This document shows, one piece after another, positions 25,812-38,290 of a stretch of 64,000 bases of DNA. The DNA is from Squalus acanthias. Taxonomy: Eukaryota. The notes under the pieces were generated by a model. It searched no databases. It was not told where the DNA came from and was given only the letters and a program-made list of their open reading frames with translations. Each line of letters opens with the position of its first letter. Position 1 is the first letter of the stretch. A program made the translations under genes and the position numbers. The stretch lies in the NCBI GenBank assembly GCA_030390025.1, contig CM059433.1, positions 27,592,001 to 27,656,000 on the forward strand, given 5' to 3'.

Positions 25812-28800
25812 GCCTCTGGTATATGTCTCAGTTGAGGAAGCCCTCAATGAGGGTGGCGAGAGGGGTTTCCCAGGAGGTCACACTGCAGATGGGTGTCAGG
25901 CTCAAAACTTCCAGAGCTGTGGTTATGCCTTCTAAAAGTTCCCCCAGACCTGTGACAACAAAGTCCTGCCACCTGCAATTGATGGCTGATCAAATCTCCT
26001 ATTTAAAGGTTGAGCTGCAGCTGAGAGTCAGCAATCCACTTGTGCTCCCGCCAGGTTTCACTGGCGTGTTTCACATCAGGCGTGCTTCACGTGGGAAAAG
26101 GGTTAAACTACCTAAAATGCTTCAAAATGGCATTATTGAGCCACTTTAGGGATTGTTAAGGGCTTTAATGGCCTCTCCCCGCCTCTTGGCGGCGGGACGG
26201 AGTCAGGAACCCCGCGACCAATTTTGTCAAAATTGCGTGGAGGCGTGTTGGAGTCGGGATGGGGTCGGGACCCCCGAATCTGCTACTTTAACCCCCCACA
26301 TGCCTCCAAACCCGACTCCACGGGTCATTCAAAATCCAGCCCGTTAACTCTGTTTCTCTCTCCACGGATGCTGCCTGGCCTGCTGAGTATTTCCAGCATT
26401 TTCTGTTGTTATCTTAGTTATCAAGGTAGGCTAAAAAAGTTGGGATTCTACCCTTTAGAGAAGCATAGATTTAGGGGTGATCTGATTGAGGTTTATAAGA
26501 TAATGAAGGGAATAGACTGTGTTCCAGTTGACAGTTTGTTCCAATTAAATACATTAGGGAGGACCGGGCCTGGTCACAATTTTAAGTTGTACAAGGCCAG
26601 ATCTAGGTTAGATGTCAGGAGGATGTTCTTCTCCCAGAGAATAGTGGACCTCTGGAACAGGCTGCCGGCTTGTGCGCTGGATGCTGATTCGCTGAATTCC
26701 ATCAAGCGAGTGCTGGACCTGTTTCTGGTTGGGGCGGACATAACCTCTTATTAAAGGTAGGTACTTCAGGGAATTCAGGGCCAGAGTGATCTCTTGGACT
26801 AGTTTCGATCAGCTAGATCGTCGGAGAGGGAAGTCACAGATTTATTTCCTCCAAATTGGCCTGGGTTTTCATCTGGTTTTTCACCTCCCCCAGGAGATCA
26901 CATGGTTTCGGGTGGGGTGGGGAGTGTATATCTTGTGATACACAAGGTATCGCAATTGTGTGGGACAGGCTGGATTGACCAGATGGACCAGTCTGTCATT
27001 GTCCATATGTTTGTTCATATGCCCACTAGTTGATTGTTCCTCTGATAGTCAAACCAAACCACCTATGTAAAAACATGGAGGGTCAAGCTGCAAATGCAGA
27101 GGATACTCACTACTGCTAGTCTTCTGTACCCAAGCGTCCAGAGTGATCCACTTCCACATAAAAGTACTGGAAATGGCCCACCCATCCAGATCTGTGGTGG
27201 GCTATCAAGACAAGATCATTGATTGGGGAAGTAGAGCTGGACAGGGTCTCGAAGGTTACTTGTTGCAAACTCCCTGCATTCCAAGTTCTAATCTGGAATG
27301 ATGGGCTGGCATGGTACAAGGACATTGCAGTCTGGTTCAAGCCTTGAAATGGCAGCTGTCCCTGAAAGATCCTGTAGGTGGGGTGGGTTAAGCTACAAAG
27401 TGAGACAGTGTCCCCTTCGGTGCCAATCTGGCAATGCCTGAACCTTCTGCTGGAGATGCTTGTAGCCCTGCATCAGCTCCTCCACTTGCTCACCAAAGAT
27501 GCCCTCAGCATCAAAGGGCATCTGCAGTAGTTGCTGCTGCAGTACCTGAAGAAACCCCAAGGTGTACAGCCAAGTTAAGTGGTGATGCAAGATCTACTGA
27601 ACAATAGACCCTGCTCCTAGATTGAGGGCACCCAAACAGCCTGCTGCTGCAGTGATGCTCTCTGAAGGTGGTCCTCACTCTGTGACAGAGGTTGCTCCTT
27701 CAACTCACCTGCGAGGCATCAGCCCTGTCAATAAGAAAAGTTGGCACAGTGGATTTGGCGGCAGGGAATACGGATATGCGCCAAACCCTGCAGCAAGGTC
27801 CACCAGACCCATATATCCCAACATTTGGATTCTGGTGGGTGGAACAGGACAAGTTTCCTGGGTGTAACATTCCTTCTGATGCTTTCATGACTGAAGTTCG
27901 CCAGCTGGATCAGCAAACTGAAAGGTGTGAAGCAGGGGGGAAGAGGCACTATGGAGGCTGTCTACCTTGGCCTTACGGACGGTGCTTATCAAGTCCGCCC
28001 AAACTGCCCTGGAGATTGGTAGGATGAATCCAGCAAAGGTCAGTGCCTTAGTCCTTTGCAAGACCCCAAGTAAAGACTCAACCCCCAAGTGAAGGGACTT
28101 CCAGAACCATTTCAGACTCTGGGTAACCTTGTGTTCAATACATGAAAAAGCCTCAATGACTGGTGGTCGTGGTCCGACTCAGGTTCCCAACTTGGCTTCC
28201 TAAGGTGGGAAAGCCTCCGGGGAACTTCCTTGGGCTGAACCGTCAGGGAAGGTTGATAGTGAGGCCCTGGGAACAGGGATGTGGGTGGCTATATCATGAA
28301 TACAAGCGCTGATTGAGTTAAACTCTCGACACATCAGCCACTCGGGGGTAGGTGTCATTGAGGCACACATACCCTCCTTGGGAGTGAGTAACCTTGGAAC
28401 CTGGATGCCCCTCAGGAGTTGGAGGGAGCAGCTGAAGGTGGCTCCACAGTGGTGGGGAGGGCTAGGGTGGGGAGGAGACACAGATCTATAAAAAGCCAAT
28501 GGAGACTTGCGACTGCCCTCACCATAGTGGAACTCACCTACAGCATAGGTGAGCAAGTGGGTTCGAGACCTCAGAGAGTGGTGCCACAAAATGAGCTGGT
28601 GCCAACTGGAGACCAATGTCCCAGGGCTGGTGTCCCCAGAGGGGACGACGGATACTTCTGGTGAAACACTCACAACAGTAGCTTGTAGCACTCACTTGGG
28701 GGAGCCAGTCTCATTCTGGCACCAGTAGGTAGGGACACCTCAGAGCTACCTGGTGGCAGAGGCGGACTCTTCCTCTTTATCCTGGGAGGCCTCGGTATAA

Positions 28801-29109
28801 GTTGGCACTTTGGCTTTACCCGATGATATGGACTGGGATGGCAGGGATTGGTTGGCGAGTGGTCTTAACCAGCCCATCCCACTCTACACCATCGAGGCAA
28901 CAACCGGAGCGTCTCCTCTTGAGACTTTCCTGTTCAGTCCCAAGGTGGACCTCTAGCCGACATCGGTTGGAGATGACTGTATGGAGCTGGTATAGATGAC
29001 AGACCCAGTGACCTTAGTGTACAAACTATGGCCCACAGACTATAGGCAGCCTCTGTGAGCCCCTCTAATTTGGACAAGTGCCTTCCTCTGCTTCAAATAT
29101 ATATACAAC

Positions 29110-29310
29110 TTTCACTTAAAAGATGTACTGGTCTTCGCCTCAACCACTCCCTGTGACAAAGCATTCCATGTTCCAAACAACTCTAAAGAAATTCCTCCTA
29201 ACCTCCTTCTCACTCTTAGTAACCATTTTAAATTGTTGGCCCCCTTCAATGACTCCTCAACCAGAGGAAATAGTATTTCCCTATTCACTTCATCAAAAAC
29301 CTTCATAATT
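29110..29310 (-). mobile_element. Old CR1 3' fragment
   Basis: IMKVFDEVNREILFPLV...WNALSQGVVEA. Confidence 0.75.
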
Positions 29311-29339
29311 GGATGTGCTTGAGGGATGGGCCTGTAGAT

Positions 29340-32320
29340 GAGGCACAACTACAATTATGTTACTGGACTAGCAATGCAAAGGCCTGGGCTAATAATCTGG
29401 AGACGTGCGTTCAAATTCCACCATGGCAGTTTGTGAATTTGAATTCAGTTAATTAAAGAAATCTCGAATAAAAAGCTAGTATCAGTAATGATGAGCACGA
29501 AGCTATTGGATTGTCATAAAAACCCAAAATTTGGAAAGCAGTCCTGCAGATTAGTCAAGCAGCAGTCTGACACAGTCATGCTCAGTCCAGAGCTCATTAC
29601 AGCTTTGGTCCAAACATGGACAAAAGAACAGAGGTGAGGTGAGAGTGACTGCCCTCGACAGCAAGGCAGCATTTGACTGAGTGTGGGTCCTTGGAGCCCT
29701 AGTAAAACTGAAGTCAATGGGGATCGGGCGGTGGGGGGGGGGGAAACTCTCCACTGTCTGGAGTCATATCTAGCACAAAGGTAGATGGTTGTGATTGTTG
29801 GAGGCCAATCATCTCAGCTCCAGGATGTTGCTACAAGAGTTCCTCAGGGCAGTGATCTAGGCCCAACCATCCTCAGCTGCTTCAGCAATGACCTTCCCTC
29901 CATCATAAGGTCAGAAGTGAGGATGTTCGCTGATGATGAAAGATATAGAGAGTAAGATGAAGCAGAAAAAGAGCACGTATGACAGATGTCAGGTCGAGAA
30001 TACATCTGAGAATCAGGCGAAGTATAGAAAGTTCAGAGGAGAAGTGAAAAAGAAAATAAGAGGGGCAAAGAGAGGGTATGAGAATAGAATGGCAGCTAAC
30101 ATAAAAGGGAATCTAAAAGAGAATTCTATAGGTATATAAATAGTAAACGGGTAGTAAGAGGAGGGGTGGGGCCGATTAGGGACCAAAAAGGAGACCTACG
30201 CATGGAGGCAGAGGGTATGGCCGAGGTACTAAATGAGTACTTTGCATCTGTCTTCACCAAGGAAGAGGATGCTGCCATAGACATAGTAAAGGAGGAGGTA
30301 GAGGAGATACTGGATGGGTTAAGAATTGATAAAGACGAGGTACTAGAAAGGCTGGCTGTACTTAAAGTAGATAAGTCACCAGGACCACAGGGGATGCATC
30401 CTAGAATGCTGAGGGAAGTGAAGGAAGAAATCGGGGAGGTACTGGCCATAATCTTCCAATCCTCCTTAGAAATGGGGGTGGTGCCAGAGGACTGGAGAAC
30501 TGCAAATGTTACATCCTTGTTCAAAAAAGGGTGTAAAGATAAACCAGCAACTACAGGCTAGTCAGTTTAACCTCAGTAGTGGGGAAGCTTTTAGAAACAA
30601 TAATCAGGGACAAAATTAACAGTCACTTGGACAAATGTGGATTAATTAAGGAAAGCCAGCATGGATTTGTTAAAGGCAAATCATGTTTAACCAATTTGAT
30701 CGAGTTTTTTGATGTGGTAACAGAGAGGGTTGATGAGGGCAATGCAGTTGAGGTGGTGTACATGGATTTCCAAAAGGCATTCAACAAAGTGCCACATAAT
30801 AGGCTTGCCAGCAAAGTTGAAGCTCATGGAATAAAAGGGACAGTGGCAGCATGGATACAAAATTGGTTAAGTGACAGGAAACAGAGAGTGGTGGTGAATG
30901 GTTGTTTTTTGGACTGGAGGAAGGTATACAGTGGTGTTCCCCAGGGGTCAGTACTAGGACCACTGCTTTTCTTGATATATATTAATGACTTGGATGTGGG
31001 TGTACAGAACACAATTTCAAAATTTGCAGATGACACAAAACTTGGAAGTATAGTGAACAGTGAGGAGGATAGTGATAGATTTCAAGAGGACATAGACAGG
31101 CTGGTGGATTGGGCGGACACATGGCAGATAAAATTTAATGCAGAGAAGTGTGAAGTGATATATTTTGCTAGAAAGAATGGAGAGGAAATATCAACTAAAG
31201 GGTACAATCCTAAAGGGGGTGCATGAACAGAGAGACCTAGGGGTAGATGTGCACAAATCGTTGAAGGTGGCAGGCCAGGTTGAGAAAGCAGTTAAAAATG
31301 CTTACGGGATCCTGGGCTTCATGAATGGAGGCATAGAGTACAAAAGCGTGGAAATTATGATGAACCTGTATAAAACTCTGGTGGCCTTCTTCCGTGCTGT
31401 AACCATTCTATGATTCTATGATTTCACAGTGTTCAGTTCCATTCGCAATTCCTCAGCTAATGAAGCAGTCTGCCTGCATACAGCAAGACCTGGACAATAT
31501 CCAAACTTGGACTGATAAGTGGTAAGTAACATTTGCACCACACAAGTGACAGACAATGACCATCTCCAACAAATGAGAGTCTAACCACCTCCCCATGACA
31601 TTTAATGGCATTACCATCATCGAATCCCCCACCATCAATATCCTGGGGGTCACCATTAAGCAGAAACTTAACTGGATCAGGCAAATAAATACTGTGGCCA
31701 CAAGAGCAGGTCAGAGGCTGGGTATTCTGTGGCAACTGACTCACCCCTCCTGACTCCCCAAAGCTTTTCCACCATCTAAAAGGCACAATTCAAGGAGTAT
31801 GATGGAATACTCATCACTTGCCTGGATGAGTGCAGCTCCAAAAACACTCAAGAATCTCAACATCATCCAGGACAAAGCAATTCACTTGATCGGCACCCCA
31901 TCCACCACCTTAAACATTCACTCCCTCCACCACCGGCGTACCGTGGCTGCAGTGTGTACCATCTACAAGATGCACTGCAGCAACTCACCAAGGCTTCTTC
32001 GACAGCACCTCCCAAACCCGTGACCTCTACCACCTAGAAGGACAAGGGCAGCAGCCGCATGAGGACACCACTACCTGCAAGTTCCCCTCCAAGTCACACA
32101 CCATCCTAACTTGGAAATATATCGCTGTTCCTTATTCGTTGCTGGGTCAAAATCCTGGAGCTCCCCACCTAACAGCACTGTGGGAGTACCTTCACCACAC
32201 AAACTGCAGCAGTTCAAGAAGGTGGCTCACCACCACCTTCTCAAGGGCAACTAGGGATGGACAATAAATGCTGGCTTTGCCAGCAACGCCCACATGCCAT
32301 GAATGAATAAATAAAAAAAT
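29340..32320 (+). mobile_element. Internally deleted Zenon/CR1-like LINE with a tRNA-SINE-type head, split by a CR1 (29340-29935 and 31422-32320)
   Basis: B-box-like cgttcaaattcc, then LVKQQ (endonuclease start) jumping to LITALVQTWT and FADD; resumes to HSLHHRRTVAAVCTIYKMHC and the gaatgaataaa tail. Confidence 0.82.
29936..31421 (+). mobile_element. CR1 LINE, 5'-truncated with a deletion near the 3' end
   Basis: ORFs 30166-30561 and 30579-31226 with RT motifs; jumps at about 31382 to the terminal (ttctatga)n tail. Confidence 0.93.
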
Positions 32321-33434
32321 TAAAAAACATTTGAGGAAGGGGCTAAGATTCTCTCTGGGCACTTCCTTTGCTTGAATTGTCAGAATCAATGAACCAGCTC
32401 CTAACTTTCAATTTTAGTTCCTTACTCTGACATCCACTTGTATTGTTAATTCTTGTCTTATTTGATTTGGCTCTTTTTTTATTTAGAATCAATTTTAATC
32501 ACTTTATCCTGGGAGGTGAACAAAGTAGACCTGACTGGTCGACCCTTATATTTTGCAAAAACTGGGTGTCTGGGATGGGATAGCAATGCGGCAGAAGGGA
32601 GGGAGTGGGTTTAACACCATCTCTATCCACTGGCTGTGCGTTTACATGGATTTGTGGGGGCTGGTTGTTGGCTGTCAATTAATAAACAAATTAAAAGATG
32701 TAGAGTTGGCACTGAGAAATGTATGCAACACACAGATGGCGTGAGGAGAATTCAGTTGCATTACTCCCTTCTTTGCAGTATGTCTACTGGCATTGATTTG
32801 ATTTCGGTGGGAATGTGCTTTCTCTTGCATTAGATCCACTTGTCTTTGTGATTTTGTTCCTCACAACTTCGGTCTGTGAGTCATTTGATTAAAACCATTT
32901 CCTCTCGCACATCCTGATACCAACCATGCACCTGTAGCAGAAGAAGAAATTATGTACAAAATACTGGATTGCAACAAGGACAACTACAGGCTTTTTATAG
33001 CATTTTACCTGAAAACACCTAAAGCAGATTCTGGGTGCAAAACTTATCGACTTGTTTCTTCTGACCACAGTTTCTGATGCCACCTGAGTATTAAAGGCAA
33101 TAGATTCCACCAGTTCCAGAGTTTGACAATTGACACCTTCAGAATAAGAGAGAAGGTCCAGAATGGCTGCAGTACCATCAGGTATTGAATCAGGAAAACG
33201 AATTTTGATGTTTGTAGCTCAGAAAAATTGGTTAAGGCTGACGTGTGGCCAGGCTGGGATTCCATAGCTGTGGAATTGTGATTTTCGTTCCCACTGCTAT
33301 TTCCTGCATGATTACAAAGTACAGTCCTGGTCCCACTGCTGCTGAGACCTTGATCTGTGCTTCTGCTATCTCAGGCTTCATTTCTCCAACAGTCTCGCCA
33401 CCTCACATGTTTAAGTAGTCATGAGAAGAAATTC

Positions 33435-33585
33435 CATATAGAATCATACAGCACATTTGGCCCATTGTGTCTATGCCAGCTCTTTGAAAGAGCTATCCAA
33501 TTAGTCCCACTACCCTGCTCTTTTCCCATAGCCCTGAAAATGTCTCCTTTACAAGAATATATCCAATTCCCTTTTGAAAGTTAAC
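33435..33585 (-). mobile_element. CR1 3' tail
   Basis: atagaatcatacagcac...gctctttgaaagagctatccaattagtcccact, same family as 53.7 kb. Confidence 0.75.
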
Positions 33586-34919
33586 ACCTGGGCCAGTGTC
33601 AGGAGCAGTAGGGCAGGTACCAAGCTTGGCCAATACAGCTCCAGTGGGATTACTGCTGTCCACCTGGGGGCCCAGTAATTATCAGTAAATGCACTCCACG
33701 CCTCTACCTACCTGTGAGTAAAGTCACAGACGATCTCGCAGTGACAACTAATGAAGCACTCAACCCTGTGGTGCCCTCAGTGCTACTGGATCACATATTC
33801 ACATGGTAGAATCCACTTAATTTGCCCGCTAGACCAAACGATGACTGTAGCCTGCTGACCATTCCAGCCAATTCCCCATCTACTGCTGCTCAATTACAGC
33901 ACAGAGGGGGACCAATTGGATTGTCCAGCTGTGCCCAGTGCAAGCTCTTCAACTGATGCCACCTAATCCTTGCCTTTCCCTATCTCCTCTTACGTTCTTC
34001 CTTTTAAAATATCCATTTCCTATTTAAATGATTTTACAATTTCTGTCTCAATGACCACCCTCCGTTCTTCGAGTCTTAACCATGAGCTCTCAGTGCTGGT
34101 GGACATTTTGAGAAGTTGATTATTGAGTTGTTCGCACTCTCCATCTCAGCCTCTCCCCTTATTTAGTCCCATTCATTCCATCCCAAAACTGCTGAACACC
34201 AATCAGTGGTTTAAATAGGGAGGTTCTTAACTGTTTAAATTGTCGGTTCAGGCTGACTGCCTCAACTGTTTAAATTGTCCAACCAAGCTGAGCTGTCCCA
34301 TAGACTATCCCAGGGTCCAGGACAAGCTGATCAGAACAACCAATGTTTACTGACCAGGAAAACCTGCACATTTTATACAGATTGGTTTCAGTTTCCAGGA
34401 TTTGAGGCTTTATATCAGCCAGGTCACTACAGTGGATTTTGCTGTTACTCACTCTAACTTCCGCAGCAACAACTTCTGAGTGTCAGCTGGCTTTCTTCTT
34501 CACGCTCCCATCACAAAGCAAAGCTGTTCAGTTCTTCTAACTGACCACATTCACTCCTAGATAGATCAGCTAGTTAGTCACAGTCAGGGCAGCTCCCTTT
34601 CCTTCACTTAAACTGGTTGTGCAACCTCCGGCCTCAAATTTACCCAGTTTACAAACCTATTGTGATGTCTGATCTCAATGTGATACGTAGTGTGAGGGTG
34701 AGGATAAGGTGTGCCCTGTGATGTCATGGTTTGAACCCTCCAGCTTAAAGGGCCTCACCTTGATAAAAATGTTTGGCAAACCCTTGGGCTTCATTTAGGT
34801 TACAAGGACTTGATTCGCTAGAATGCAGTTACAGGTTCCACATGGTTACAACCCAGAGAACAGGGTGTGTGGGTGATGGCCAATGATGGGATTGGCTTCC
34901 TTCTCTGTGTCCTCTTATA

Positions 34920-37900
34920 GGAACATAGGAACAGGAGTAGTCCTTGAGCCCCTCGAGCCTGCTCCCCCATTCAATGAGATCATGGCTGATCTGCAACCTA
35001 ACTCCATATACCCGCCTTTGCCCCATATCACTTAATACCTTTGGTTAACAGAAAGCTATCAATCTCTGATTTAAAATTAACGATTGATCTAGCATGAATT
35101 GCCGTTTGCGGGAGAGTTCCAAACTTCTACCATCCTTTGTGTGCAGAAGTGTTTCCTAATTTCACTCCTGAAAGGTCTGGCTCTAATTTTTAGACTTTGC
35201 CCCCTAGTCCTAGACTCCCCAACCAGCAAAAATCGCTTTTCTCTATCTACCCTATCTGTTCCCCTTAATATCGTCAAAACTTTGATCAGATCACCCCTTA
35301 ACCTTCTAAATTCTAGGGAATACAACCCTAATTTGTGTAATCTCTCTTTGTAATTTAACCCCTGAAGTCTGGGTATCATTCTGGTAAACCTACGCTGCAC
35401 TCCCTCCAAGGCCAATATATCCTTCCTAAGGTGTGGTGCCCAGAACTGCTCACAGTACTCCAGGTGTGGTCTAACTCGGGCTTTGTATAGCTGCAGCATA
35501 ACTTCTACCCTCTTGTATTCTAGTCCTCTAGATATAAAGGCCAGCATTCCATTAGCCTTTTTAATCATTTTCTGTACCTGTTCATGACATTTTAATGATC
35601 TATGTACCTGGACCCCCAAGTCTCTTTGGACTGCCACTGTTTTTAGCTTTTCACTATTTAGAAAGTACTCTGTTCTATTCTTTTTCGGCCCAAACTGGAT
35701 GACCTCACATTTGCCTAAATTGAAATCCATTTGTCAAAGTTTTGCCCATTCACTTAATCTATCGATATCCCTTTGTAATTTTATGCTTTCACCTACACTG
35801 CCTACAATTCCACCTATCTTTGTGTCATTGGCAAATTTGGATAAATGACTTTCTATGCCATCATCTAAGTTGTTAATAAATACTGTGAATAGTTGAGGCC
35901 CCAACACAGATCCCTGCGAGACACCACTAGTGACCTCCTGCAAATTTGAGTACCTACCCATTATCCCCCTTGCCACTCAGCCAATTTCCTAACCAGGTCA
36001 ATAATTTGCCCAATTCCATGGGCTTCTACCTTAGTTAACAGTCTCTTATGTGGGACTTTATCAAATGCCTTCTGGAAGTCCATATAAATAACATCCATAG
36101 ACATTCCCCTGTCCACTACTTTAGTCACCTCTTCAAAAAATTCAACCAGGTTTGTCAGCCATAACCTACCTTTCACAAATCCATGCTGGCTCTCTCTGAT
36201 CAACTGAAAATTTTCGAGGTGTTCAGTCACCCTATCCTTAATTATAGACTCTAGCAATTTTCCGACAACAGATGTTAGGCTAACTGAACTAAAATTCCCT
36301 GCTTTCCCTCTCTCACCATTTTTAAATAGCAGAGTGACATGAGCAATTTTCCAATCTAAAGGAACGGTTCCTGAATCAAAAGATATTTGGAAGATTATAG
36401 TTAGGGCATCTGCAATGTACTCACCTACTTCCTTTAAAACTCTGGGATGGAAACCATCTGGTCCTGGGGATTTGTCACTCTTTAGTGCCATTACTTTCTT
36501 CATTACTGTTATTTTAATTACATTAATTTTATTGAGTCCCTAATTTAGTTTCCTTGGGATTTCTGGCATGCTACCCTCCTCCTCTACTGTAAATACTGAC
36601 GCAAAGTAATTATTCAACATGTCCACCATTTCCTTATTATCATTGATAAGATCACCGCTTTCAGTTTTGAAGGGGTCAACATTGCACCTGACTACCCTCT
36701 TTTTCCTAATATAATTGTAAAAAAAATTTGCCTTGATTTGCAAGTTTCCTTTCATACTCACTTTTTGTAGCTCTATCTGTTTTGTGACCATTTGCTGTTC
36801 TTTGTATCTTTCCCACTCGTCAGGATCTGTGCTATTTTTTGCATTTTTGTATGCTTTTTCTTTTAGTTTTATGCTGTCCCTTACCTCTTTAGTCGTCCAT
36901 GGTTTTTTTTTTGGCAAGTAGAGCTCTTGCCCTCAAGGGTATAAATTGGTTCTGTATCACCTTAAATTCTTTTTTGAACATTTCCCACTGATCTTCTCTC
37001 ATTTTACCCATTAACAGATTTGTCCAGTTTACTGTGGACAGTTTCTGTCTCATCCTTTTGAAGTCGGCCTTACCCAAATCTGGAATCCTAGTAGCTGTTT
37101 CGCGTTTCTCCCTTTCAAATGCTACGTTAAACTCGATCATGTTATGATCGCTATTGGATAAATGCTCATGCACAGTTAGGCTGTTAACTAAATCTGGCTC
37201 ATTACTCATTACTAAATCTAACATGGCATGCCCCCTTGTTGCCTCTAGGACATATTGTTGTAGAAAACTATCCCGGACACACTCAATAAATTCACTACCT
37301 TTTTGACAAGTGCAAGTCTTTTTATCCCAATCTATATGAAAGTTAAAATCCCCCATTAAAACCACGCTACCTTTACTGCGCACTTGTCTAATCTCTGCAT
37401 TTATACAATCTAGCACTTCACAGCTGCTACCAGGGGGCCTATACACAACTCCCACTACAGTCTTAAATCCTTTCCTATTTCTTAATTCTACCCATAAAGT
37501 ATCAACTGCTTGCTTACCTCTCATTATATCCTCTCTTATCATTGAAGTGATTTCATCCTTAATCACTAAGGCTACTCCTCCTTCTCTACCACTTTCCCTA
37601 TCTTTCCTGTAGACCTTATAACCTGGTATATTTAGTTCCCAGTAATGGCTACCATGTCATACCCTCCAATTTGAATTTGCACCTGCAGTTCATCAATTTA
37701 TTCCTTATACTCTGTGCGTTTGTATAAAGAATGCTTATTTGGGCCACACACCCTAGCCTGTCCTTCGGCTCTAATGTTTTACTTACTTGTTTCTTATTTC
37801 TCTCACCTGGTTTAATCACTTTACAGCTTTTAATTTTCTCTCTACATGTAGTGCCTAAAGCACAATTCCTGACGGCTACTCTACTCTCTTCCCTTTCGTT

Positions 37901-38290
37901 TGTTTTAGAACTACTATTTTTACTACAATTTCCACCCGAGCCCTCCCCCCCCCCCCCCATTTACTAGTTTAAAGTCCTTGTGACCACCCTATTTATCCTT
38001 TCCGCAGGGACCCTGGTGGAGCTCGTCCCAATGATGCAGTTCCTTCCTGTCTCAATACTGGTGCCAGTGCCCCATGAAATGGAACCCATCTTTCCCACAC
38101 CATTCCTTTAGCCACGTGTTCGCTTCCCTAATCAGTTTTTCCCTATGCCAATTTGCACGTGGCTCAGGTAATAATCCAGAGATTATAAACCTTGAGGTCC
38201 TGTTCTTTAATTTAGCTCCTAGTTCCTGGTACTCCCCAAACAGGACCTCTTCCCTATGTTGTTGGTCCCAAGATGGACCACAACGACTGG
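34920..38290 (-). mobile_element. Near-complete CR1 LINE (ORF1 C-terminus, APE endonuclease, RT, tail), frameshifted
   Basis: ORF1 SGLLPEPRANWHREK; endonuclease VVYRPP, MGDFN, LSNSDH; RT ORFs 35089-36503; (taggaaca)n tail. Confidence 0.95.

Larger units (their letters stand above)
22077..26342. mobile_element. Full-length PIF/Harbinger DNA transposon, 4266 bp
   Basis: Perfect 13-bp TIRs GGGCTGGATTTTG / CAAAATCCAGCCC; 3-bp TSD GTT (22074-22076, 26343-26345); convergent Myb-like and DDE transposase genes. Confidence 0.97.
21121..26410 (+). mobile_element. 5'-truncated Penelope-like element (Neptune type), split by a Harbinger
   Basis: 14-bp TSD ATCTTAGTTATCAA at 21107-21120 and 26411-26424; GIY-YIG ORF; pseudo-LTR with hammerhead motif; short inverted pseudo-LTR piece at the 5' end. 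Confidence 0.93.
19825..27020 (+). mobile_element. 5'-truncated CR1 LINE split by a Penelope insertion (19825-21120 and 26411-27020)
   Basis: RT ORFs 19923-20689; RRATRLIPSVKHLSYQ resumes as LSYQGRLKKLGFYPLEKHRFRGDLIEVYK after the insert; catatg-type tail near 27004-27021. Confidence 0.93.
15880..29090 (-). mobile_element. Decayed DIRS-type retrotransposon in four pieces (about 15880-15937, 17399-17826, 19464-19820, 27020-29090)
   Basis: Collinear minus-strand motifs: gag-like LQMPFDAEGIFGEQ, RT start WITLDAWVQKT, RNase H ANALTYGWEA...HFNRLE...KSVCPQTDNMAVVWYVYKQGGTYS...HLAGVNNTIVGTLS, methyltransferase-like WMIHSEVVQNIFRTWG...LISRMLQKI, and (W)PNKP(W)FQTL. RT core missing; no recombinase seen. 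Confidence 0.78.

Noticed and set aside
24525..25847. Domesticated host gene HARBI1
   Set aside because: The ORF lies between TIRs with a TSD and a partner Myb gene inside other transposons, so it is a transposon copy.
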